A DNA stretch of 49,152 bases from Macrostomum lignano (taxonomy: Eukaryota), in assembly GCA_002269645.1 (NCBI GenBank), contig NIVC01004351.1, forward strand, positions 1 through 49,152, given 5' to 3'. Shown in pieces: positions 14,001 to 23,705 of the stretch. The position numbers were made by a program, and so were the translations under genes. Numbering within the stretch: the first letter of the stretch is position 1; every line of letters starts with the position of its first letter. Below the pieces are notes generated by a model that was not told where the DNA came from, ran no database searches, and saw only the letters and a list, made by a program, of their open reading frames with translations.

Positions 14001-17000
14001 CCTATTTACAGAATAATTCACTAAACTCACCTTAATTGTGGTGTTGGTAGCCTTGAACAGCACCTGATTCCAGATGGTCTGCTCAATAGTCCAAGAAGCG
14101 TATGTGGTTGTCTTCCTTTCGTCCATAGCCGTTAGCTGCATCCTGCGCCTGATGACGTTGCTAAGCGCGAACAGATTCTGGATAGAATCGCTTTTAGAAG
14201 CAGCAGTAAGCAAAGCTATGTTGGCCAAAACTGGCTCAGACAGTTTAATCAGAGCTGTCAGCTGCCTCTGAGTCGGACTGGGCGATGAGGAATCCATTGG
14301 TCGAAAGAAAATGTCAAGATTGCCTTGAACGAAGGTGGCGTTGCCTTCGACGTTGGAGTTGGCGGAGCTATCGGAGGGCAGGCTCGGAAAGAACACGGGC
14401 AGCGGAGTTCCCGTGTCCGCGCACTCGTACCCGTTGCCAAGGTAACTGTTTAAGCCCTGGCGGAGGGAGTCAATGGATTAGGTCAGAGGATTATTTTCTT
14501 GAGAACTTTTAACTGTAGATTATTGTGTATTATCTAATGTAGCCTCATCTGAGACTGTGGATTATCTGATGTAGCTTAATCTGAGACTGAGGATTATCTG
14601 ATGTAGCCTCATCTGAAACTGTGGATTATCTGATGTAGCCTCATCTAAGACTGAGGATTATCTGATGTAGCCTCGTCTGAGACTGTGGATTATCTAATGT
14701 AGCCTCATCTGAGACTGTGGATTATCTGATGTAGCTTAATCTGAGACTGAGGATTATCTGATGTAGCCTCATCTGAAACTGTGGATTATCTGATGTAGCC
14801 TCATCTGAGACTGTGGATTATCTGATGTAGCCTCATCTGAGACTGAGGATTATCTGATGTAGCTTAATCTGAGACTGAGGATTATCTGATGTAGCCTCAT
14901 CTGAAACTGTGGATTATCTGATGTAGCCTCATCTAAGACTGAGGATTATCTGATGTAGCCTCGTCTGAGACTGTGGATTATCTAATGTAGCCTCATCTGA
15001 GACTGTGGATTATCTGATGTAGCTTAATCTGAGACTGAGGATTATCTGATGTAGCCTCATCTGAAACTGTGGATTATCTGATGTAGCCTCATCTGAGACT
15101 GTGGATTATCTGATGTAGCCTCATCTGAGACTGAGGATTATCTGATGTAGCTTAATCTGAGACTGAGGATTATCTGATGTAGCCTCATCTGAAACTGTGG
15201 ATTATCTGATGTAGCTTAATCTGAGACTGAGGATTATCTGATGTAGCCTCATCTGAAACTGTGGATTATCTGATGTAGCCTCATCTGAAACTGTGGATTA
15301 TCTAATGTAGCCTCATCTGAGACTGTGGATTATCTGATGTAGCCTCGTCTGAGACTGTGGATTATCTAATGTAGCCTCATCTGACACTGTGGATTATCTG
15401 ATGTAGCCTCATCTGAGACTGAGGATTATCTGATGTAGCCTCATCTGAAACTGAGGATTATCTGATGTAGCCTCATCTGAAACTGTGGATTATCTAATGT
15501 AGCCTCATCTAAGACTGAGGATTATCTGATGTAGCCTCATCTGAGACTGTGGATTATCTAATGTAGCCTCATCTGACACTGTGGATTATCTGATGTAGCC
15601 TCATCTGAGACTGAGGATTATCTGATGTAGCCTCATCTGAAACTGAGGATTATCTGATGTAGCCTCATCTGAAACTGTGGATTATCTGATGTAGCCTCAT
15701 CTGAGACTGTGAATTATCTGATGTAGCTTAATCTGAGACTGAGGATTATCTGATGTAGCCTCATCTGAGACTGTGAATTATCTGATGTAGCTTAATCTGA
15801 GACTGAGGATTATCTGATGTAGCTTAATCTGAGACTGAGGATTATCTGATGTAGCCTCATCTGAAACTGTGGATTATCTGATGTAGCCTCATCTGAGACT
15901 GTGAATTATCTGATGTAGCCTCATCTGAGACTGTGGATTATCTGATGTAGCCTCATCTGAGACTGAGGATTATCTGATGTAGCCTCATCTGAGACTGTGG
16001 ATTATCTGATGTAGCCTCATCTGAGACTGTGGATTATCTGATGTAGCCTCGTCTGAGACTGTGGATTATCTGCATCTGAGACTGTGGATTATCAGCATCT
16101 GAGACTGTGGATTATCTGATGTAGCCTCATCTGAGACTGTGGATTATCTGCATCTGAGACTGTGGATTATCTGCATCTGAGACTGTGGATTATCTGCATC
16201 TGAGACTGTGGATTATCTGATGTAGCCTCATCTGAGACTGTGGATTATCTGCATCTGAGACTGTGGATTATCTGATGTAGCCTCATCTGAGACTGTGGAT
16301 TATCTGATGTAGCCTCATCTGAGACTGTGGATTATCTGATGTAGCCTCATCTGAGACTGTGGATTATCTGATGTAGCCTCATCTGAGACTGTGGATTATC
16401 TGATGTAGCCTCATCTGAGACTGTGGATTATCTGATGTAGCCTCATCTGAGACTGTGGATTATCTGATGTAGCCTCATCTGAGACTGTGGATTATCTGAT
16501 GTAGCCTCATCTGAGACTGTGGATTATCTGATGTAGCCTCCTCTGAGGCTGGATTATCTAAGGTGTCAGGGGCTTAACGACAGTTAAAAAATTTAACTTT
16601 TACCTGACACCTGCAGCACTTAGCGAACCCGTCAATAACTCTCATAGTCTCGGATGCGATGTTCAAGCACTTGGCCCGACTGTTGCACAGGCTGCACGGA
16701 CAGCCCAGCAGTCTGTCAGACAGAAAGCCCTGAGTCTGGGCGGTCATGTCGAGAATGCGACGCAAGGATTGGTCGACATTGGCGGAGGCCACTCCGGTGG
16801 GGTGGGAGAGGCGGAATGCCCAGCTGCCTGGAGGGAGTGAAGGTGCAGGGTGCGCTTTTGAACATTCTGTATAATTGCCTAGATTAGCAATCCATATTCT
16901 GTTCCTATAAATCATCTGTGATTGGCTAGATTAGCCATCCATATTCTATTCCTATTAATCACCTGTGATTGGCTAGATTAGCAATCCATCTAGCCATCTA

Positions 17001-19096
17001 GTCTCATCTGTGATTGGCTAGATTAGCAATCCATATTCTATTCCTATTAATCACCCGTGATTGGCTAGATTAGCAATCCATATTCTATTCCTATTAATCA
17101 TATCTGTGATTGGCTAGATTAGCAATCCATATTCTATTCCTATTAATCACCCGTGATTGGCTAGATTAGCAATCCATATTCTATTCCTATTAATCATATC
17201 TGTGATTGGCTAGATTAGCAATCCATATTCTATTCCTATTAATCATATCTGTGATTGGCTAGATTAGCAATCCATATTCTATTCCTATTAATCATATCTG
17301 TGATTGGCTAGATTAGCAATCCATATTCTATTCCTAATAATCACCCGTGATTGGCCAGATTAGCTGTCTATGGCATCTCACCTGACTCAGCCATGTTGGA
17401 CTCCTCAGTAAACCTGGGCGGCAGAGCCAAGGACCCCGAGCTTCCTGCTCCTACATCGTAGAATCCCGCAGCATGCAGATCAGAAGCCGGCACGCCGCCG
17501 TAGGTGACAAAGGCCACAGTGTCAACCCCGCTATTGACGAACACGATCTCAGCCAGACTGCCAACAGCTTGTCCAGCTGGCCGACGGAATGTCACGGCGG
17601 TGATTGACTGCGGCGAGAAGTAGCCGGTGTCCGAGTAGGTGAACACCTGATTGGCCGTGTCTTTGAACAGGTTGGCAAATTTTCTGTCAACACAATTGGC
17701 TGTCGCACTGATTCTGATTGAACGAACAAAGAAGTCCACCTTGTTCTGGCTGCGATCGCGGAACTCGTTGAGTACCTGAAGAGGTGAGCTCGGGTAGTTC
17801 AGTAAAATAGACGATACCGTCAACTACATGTAATCAGGCGCTAAATATTAACCAGAATGGCGCCCAATTCGATAAGAATGGCGCCAAATTTGATTAGACT
17901 GGCGCCCAGTTTGATTAAGATGGCGCCCAATTAGATAAGAATGGCGCACAAGTTGATTGGAATGGCGCTAAATTCGACCAATATGGCGCCCATTTTGATT
18001 AGAATGGCGCTCAATTGAATTAGAATGGCGCCTAATTCAATTAGAATGGCGCCCAATTCAATTAGAATGGCGCCGAATTCAATTAAAATGGTGCCCAATT
18101 AAATTAGAATTGCGTCCAATTTAATTAGAATGGCGTCCAATTCAATTAGAATGGCGTCCAATTTGATTAGAATGGCGCCCAATTTGATTAGAATGGCGTC
18201 CAATTCAATTAGAATGGCGCCCAATTTGATTAGAATGGCGCCCAATTCAATTAGAATGGCACCCAATTAAAAAATGGCACCTAATTTTATGGAATGGCGC
18301 TCAGAATGATTAGAATAGCGCCCAATTCAATTAGAATGGCGCCCAATTCAACTAGAATGGCGCCTAATTCACTTAGAATGGCGTCCAGTTCAATTAGAAT
18401 AGCGCCCAATTCAATTAGAATGGCGCCCAATTCAATCACAATAGCGCCCAATTCAATCAGAATAGCGCCCAATTCAATCAGAATAGCGCCCAATTCAATT
18501 AGAATGGCGCCCAATTCAATTAGAATGGCGCCGAATTCAATTAAAATGGTGCCCAATTCAATTAGAATGGCGTCCAATTCAATTAGAATGGCGTCCAGTT
18601 CAATTAGAATGGCGCCCAATTCAATTAGAATGGCGCCTAATTCAATTAGAATGGCGCCCAATTCAATTAGAATGGCGCCCAATTCAATTAGAATGGCGCC
18701 CAAATTCAATTAGAATGGCGCCCAATTCAATTAGAATAGCGCCCAATTCAATTAGAAACCAACCTTGACATAGGGCTTCGGGTACAACGCTTCAATATCC
18801 GGCGGCACATTTGGATTCCTGAAGAACACAAAGCCGGGTATCTGCTTGTGCAGAAACATCTCATGATAGGCCGTCCGAGTCGCCCCGAAAATCACCGGAT
18901 GTGGCAGGGCAATCCGACGAATCGTTGAGTCAACAAAGTTGACCTCGGCTCCGCCCGGATACCGAACCAGCGGATTAGTGAAGAACTTGTGAATTGGCTG
19001 GCCGTAGCGCTGGCTAACGGATGGCTGGTAGAGACAGGCCAGCAAAAGCAGCACAGTTGCTGGCCAAAATGGCTGCGAAGCCTTCGCAGAAGACAT
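5018..19096 (-). CDS. NID: Nidogen/entactin-like basement membrane protein (signal peptide-NIDO-EGF-G2F-EGF rod with Ig domain-YWTD beta-propeller-EGF), 13 exons, about 1689 aa
   Basis: Exons: 19096-18764, 17775-17382, 16878-16604, 14456-14031, 13681-13097, 12550-12352, 11404-11124, 10448-10065, 8919-8866, 8204-7716, 6841-6662, 6570-5783, 5699-5018. All junctions are GT-AG with matching phase, totalling 5070 nt. Motifs: signal peptide ATVLLLLACLYQPSVS; NIDO-like AAGFYDVGAGSSGSLALP...SN...PGSWAFRL; many CxCxxGYxGDG EGF ends; Ig-like FCRV...LIW...KEYHCF; YWTD-type VEGLAVDWQTDNVYYT, PRGIAVDPFLGKIYYADW and GDFYWTNW. Confidence 0.9.
7195..7430. repeat. Purine-only (GA/GGAGA) low-complexity tract in nidogen intron 10
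   Basis: About 235 nt made almost entirely of G and A. Confidence 0.9.
8253..8862. repeat. 29-bp minisatellite (ACCAAGGTCACCTTGCCTTACAAACAATC), about 21 units, nidogen intron 9
   Basis: Unit counted directly. It contains the palindrome AAGGT-C-ACCTT. Confidence 0.95.
9062..9990. repeat. 21-29-bp minisatellite (CTCTCTCAAATGAAATGGCGCCC) with a 54-bp higher-order dimer in its second half, nidogen intron 8
   Basis: Direct inspection; unit length varies with the CT run. Confidence 0.95.
10495..10730. mobile_element. About 55-bp imperfect inverted repeat pair (MITE-like) in nidogen intron 7
   Basis: GTGCACAAAAAGAGGCACTTTAGTGGCCTATTTCGTGTATGCTTTCGAAATGCA (from 10495) matches the reverse complement of about 10678-10730 with a few mismatches. 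TSD not identified. Confidence 0.6.
11460..12336. repeat. 25-bp minisatellite (TTAAACCCCAGGTGTGTCTTGGAGC), about 35 units, nidogen intron 6
   Basis: Direct inspection. Confidence 0.95.
12566..13065. repeat. 23-bp minisatellite (ATGTCAGGAGAATGTCAGCAGTG), nidogen intron 5
   Basis: Direct inspection; the unit is a dimer of an ATGTCAG core. Confidence 0.95.
13820..13963. repeat. 28-bp dispersed minisatellite family (GAGGATCTGGGAGGCTGGCCCAGCAACT), copy A, nidogen intron 4
   Basis: Same unit as the arrays at 29690-30259 and 41250-41506. Confidence 0.9.
14515..16560. repeat. 32-bp minisatellite (TGTGGATTATCTGATGTAGCCTCATCTGAGAC), about 64 units, nidogen intron 3
   Basis: Direct inspection; includes an internal 288-bp block duplication. 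Confidence 0.95.
16879..17362. repeat. 47-49-bp minisatellite (CTAGATTAGCAATCCATATTCTATTCCTATTAATCAYCTGTGATTGG), about 10 units, nidogen intron 2
   Basis: Direct inspection; the terminal unit supplies the exon 3 acceptor TAG. Confidence 0.95.
17853..18757. repeat. 21-bp minisatellite (TTAGAATGGCGCCCAATTCAA), about 43 units, nidogen intron 1
   Basis: Direct inspection; the 7-aa period in the spurious ORFs agrees. Confidence 0.95.
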
Positions 19097-19416
19097 TGCG
19101 GTATAGCTGCTATGAGAGAGCCTTGTGTGGTGCGGAGTGGGAGGCTGTTGCTAAGGTTTTATAGACCCAAAATCTTCCACATCCCCCCCCCGAAAAAAAG
19201 ATTTTCTATCCCCAAGAAGGAATGCACACAGAGGTATCTGTACAGTTTAACCTCGAGCCACCAACCCACCAATACACACCCACCACAAACAAGGCAGTGA
19301 TGGGTGCCCAGTTAGAAGATAATCAATAATTAAGACTTCTGATCAGCCATGGAGTCCCAGACCGAGTCAGATGGATTTTACAGTCGCTACAGCTTAACAA
19401 CCGAAAACAGACTTGG

Positions 19417-20246
19417 GTGTGGCGCTTAAATGATTTTACTTGTGGCGCTAAAATGAGTTCCGTTGAAGCACTAAAATGAGTTTCCTTGTGGCGCTAAAAT
19501 GAGTTCCCTTATGGCGCTAAAATGAGTTTCCCCTTGGGGCTAAAATGAGAGTTCCCTTGTGGCGCTAAAATGAGTTTCCTTGTGGCGCTAAAATGAGTTT
19601 CCTTGTGGCGATAAAATGAGCTCCCTTGTAGCACTAAAATGAGTTTCCTTGTGGCGATAAAATGAGCTCCCTTGTAGCACTAAAATGAGTTTCCTTGTGG
19701 CGATAAAATGAGCTCCCTTGTAGCACTAAAATGAGTTTCCTTGTGGCGATAAAATGAGCTCCCTTGTAGCACTAAAATGAGTTTCCTTGTGGCGATAAAA
19801 TGAGCTCCCTTGTAGCACTAAAATGAGTTTCCTTGTGGCGCTAAAATGAGTTTCCTTGTGGCGCTAAAATGAATTTCCTTGTGGCGCTAAAATGAGTTCC
19901 CTTATGGCACTAAAATGAGTTTCCCCTTGGGGCTAAAATGAGCTTCCTTGTGGCGCTAAAATGAGAGTTCCCTTGTGGCGCTAAAATGAGAGTTCCCTTG
20001 TGGCGCTGAAATGAGTTTCCTTGTGGCGCTAAAATGAGAGTTCCCTTGTGGCGCTGAAATGAGTTTCCTTGTGGCGCTAAAATGAGAGTTCCCTCGTGGC
20101 GCTGAAATGAGTTTCCTTGTGGCGCTGAAATGAACTCCCTTGTGGCGCTAAAATGAGAGCTTCCTTGTGGCGCTAAATGAGAGTTCCCTTGTGGCGCTAA
20201 AATGAGTTTCATGTGGCGCTAAAATAAGTTCCCAGTGGCGCTAAAT
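19417..20246. repeat. 23-25-bp minisatellite (GTGGCGCTAAAATGAGTTTCCTT) with a 46-bp dimer core, intergenic
   Basis: Direct inspection. Confidence 0.9.
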
Positions 20247-20789
20247 AAGGAGAATGAAACTTATTTTTAAAGTGTATAGACAGGAAAACTGAACTCCGAA
20301 TATTGTACACCATAGAAAAATCGCATGGACCTTTTATTAAGACATCTGGATTTGAAACCTACTAATAATTTTTTTCTCCAAGAAGTGGAACAAATTTAGA
20401 GAAACACGTCACTCTTAAAGAAAATTCCGCAATTCTGTTGCATTCTCCCATCTTATACCTAGAGGCCTTAATTAAGAGCCTAAAAAGCGGACCAAAAAGC
20501 GCACAATTTGGTTCTTACCTTGCTTAGTTCCTCGCGATTACTGAACGTATTTTAGGGGCAAACTCTCGAAATGGAATCTAGCTATATGGTAGCACTGACA
20601 AACTGCCTTATCAGCAAAATTGTGTACAAGATCGTGCAGTTTTAATACTAAAACTTGTTCAAAAGGTCGCAGGAGGACCAGGGACGCTGAAAGTAAGAGA
20701 TCTGGACTGGGTTGTCATTTCTTTTTAACTTTTTTCAGGGCCAATGAAAATCCTTCCAAACTACACATAAAATGGATTGTTTATAATAG

Positions 20790-21855
20790 TTGCTGAGATG
20801 CCAAGGCTCTATTATGGAATTCCTGAAATGCCAATGGGCTCGATGGGGGGGATTTTTGAGATGCCAAGGCTCAATTATGGAATTGCTGAGATGCCAAGGC
20901 TCAATTAGGGAATTGCTGAGATGCCAATATAGGCTCATTTATGGAATTGCTGAAATTCCAATTGGCTCAATTAGGGAATTGCTGAAATGCCAATTGGCTC
21001 AATTATGGAATTGCTGAGATGCCAATTGGCTCAATTAGAGAATTGCTGAGATGCCAATTGGCTCAATTAGGGAATTGCTGAGATGCCAATTGGCTAAATT
21101 AGGGAATTGCTGAGATGCCAATTGGCTCAATTAGGGAATTGCTGAGATGCCAATTGGCTCAATTAGAGAGTTGCTGAGATGCCAATTGGCTCAATTAGGG
21201 AATTGCTGAGATGCCAATTGGCTAAATTAGGGAATTGCTGAGATGCCAATTGGCTCAATTAGGGAATTGCTGAGATGCCAATTGGCTCAATTAGGGAATT
21301 TCTGAGATGCCAATTGGCTCAATTAGGGAATTGCTGAGATGCCAATTGGCTCAATTAGGGAATTGCTGAGATGCCAATTGGCTCAATTAGGGAATTGCTG
21401 AGATGCCAATTGGCTCAATTAGGGAATTGCTGAGATGCCAATTGGCTCAATTAGAGAGTTGCTGAGATGCCAATTGGCTCAATTAGGGAATTGCTGAGAT
21501 GCCAATTGGCTAAATTAGGGAATTGCTGAGATGCCAATTGGCTCAATTAGGGAATTGCTGAGATGCCAATTGGCTCAATTAGGGAATTTCTGAGATGCCA
21601 ATTGGCTCAATTAGGGAATTGCTGAGATGCCAATTGGCTCAATTAGGGAATTGCTGAGATGCCAATTGGCTCAATTAGGGAATTGCTGAGATGCCAATTG
21701 GCTCAATTAGGGAATTGCTGAGATGCCAATTGGCTCAATTAGGGAATTGCTGAGATGCCAATTGGCTCAATTAGGGAATTGCTGAGATGCCAATTGGCTC
21801 AATTAGGGAGTTGCTGAGATGCCAATCGGCTCAATGGGGGGAATCGCTGCTGAGA
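20790..21855. repeat. 32-bp minisatellite (GAGATGCCAATTGGCTCAATTAGGGAATTGCT), intergenic
   Basis: Direct inspection; includes an internal 288-bp block duplication. Confidence 0.95.
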
Positions 21856-22146
21856 TGCCAATTAATATTTTAATAGCAAATAGCAAAATAGAGAATCTCA
21901 GGCTAGAACTCCAGATAACCTGTCTAGGTCTCCCCGTCTCACTCAGCGACCAGCAATTCTTATCTTCCATTTGCTGCTTTCGCATTTGCAAGTCACAGGT
22001 AGTCAATTATAATAGTTTTACCTATTATTCGACAAGTTGATAAATCTCTAACCAGCTAGCTGTGTCTGCCTATCTATCTAGGCCTTGAAAAGTTGAGATA
22101 ACATATACATAAATACATGCACATTCATTCATAGCTGATAATACAA

Positions 22147-22147
22147 A

Positions 22148-22184
<37 letters not shown>
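22147..22184. repeat. (CA)n microsatellite
   Basis: Direct inspection. Confidence 0.95.
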
Positions 22185-22186
<2 letters not shown>

Positions 22187-22544
22187 TGTCTGCATGTGTT
22201 TAGTTTTTAAGAATTAATATACATTAGAAATTACTCAGTACTATATCAAACAAGGCAATTACAAATTACTTATTAAGAAAAAATTATATAAAATTTGTCG
22301 CTTATATTTTGTTCTGCCATCAAAATGCAGACGAAAGAAAACAAAATATGAACGCACAGCTGTTAATAGTTTTACGTGGAATTAGATAGCAAAAATTATA
22401 TTATAAAAATAATTACACAGATATCAGTCGATTACCAGCGACTCACTTTATTAAGACAGATAATTTATTTTTTACTGTAGAAGTAGATGGCTAGCATCCG
22501 ATTACAGATGGTACTGAAAGTTTAAAAATATATAGAATTATATC

Positions 22545-23593
22545 TTGGAGACACTGGTGAGATGTAGAGGGAGATTACGGTAAGATGTAGAGGGAGACTG
22601 GGGTAAGATATAGAGGCAGACAGGGGTGAGAGGGAGACAGGTGTAAGCGGGAGACAGGTGTAAGAGGGAGACAGGTGTAAGAGGGAGACAGGGGTGAGAG
22701 GGAGACAGGTGTAAGAGGGAGACAGAAGTGAGAGGCAGACAGGGGTGAGAGAGAGACAGGTGTAAGAGGGAGACAGGTGTAAGAGGGAGACAGAAGTGAG
22801 AGGCAGACAGGGGTGAGAGAGAGACAGGGGTGAGAGGGAGACAGAGGTGAGAGGCAGACAGGGGTGAGAGAGAGACAGAAGTGAGAGGGAGACAGGGGTT
22901 AGAGGGAGACAGAGGTGAGAGGCAGACAGGGGTGAGAGAGAGACAGAAGTGAGAGGGAGACAGGGGTGAGAGGGAGACAGAGGTGAGAGGGAGACAGGGG
23001 TGAGAGGGAGACAGAGGTGAGAGAGAGACAGAGGTGAGAGGAAGACAGAAGTGACAGGGAGACAGGGGTGAGAGAGAGACAGAGGTGAGAGGAAGACAGA
23101 GGTGAGAGGGAGACAGAAGTGAGAGGGAGACAGAGGTGAGAGGGAGACAGAAGTGAGAGGGAGACAGAGGTGAGAGGGAGACAGAAGTGAGAGGGAGACA
23201 GAGGTGAGAGGGAGACAGAAGTGAGAGGGAGACAGGGGTGAGAGAGAGACAGAAGTGAGAGGGAGACAGGGGTGAGAGGGAGACAGAGGTGAGAGGGAGA
23301 CAGAAGTGAGAGGGAGACAGGGGTGAGAGGGAGACAGGGGTGAGAGGGAGACAGAGGTGAGAGGGAGACAGAAGTGAGAGGGAGACAGAGGTGAGAGGGA
23401 GACAGAAGTGAGAGGGAGACAGGGGTGAGAGAGAGACAGAAGTGAGAGGGAGACAGGGGTGAGAGGGAGACAGAGGTGAGAGGGAGACAGAAGTGAGAGG
23501 GAGACAGAGGTGAGAGAGAGACAGAAGTGAGAGGGAGACAGGGGTGAGAGGGAGACAGAGGTGAGAGGGAGACAGAAGTGACAGGGAGACAGG
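22545..23593. repeat. 17-bp purine-rich minisatellite (AGGGAGACAGAGGTGAG), downstream of the TUBGCP4 stop
   Basis: Period of 17 nt counted; the 17-aa (51 nt) period in the spurious ORFs agrees. Confidence 0.95.
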
Positions 23594-23705
23594 TCATCAC
23601 AAGCACAGATAGGCATAACTATGAGTATAAAAATAGCACCCAGCAAGATCAGCAGCAACGGGAAAGTGAATAATAGCATATACAGACAGTCACAATCGCT
23701 ACTAT

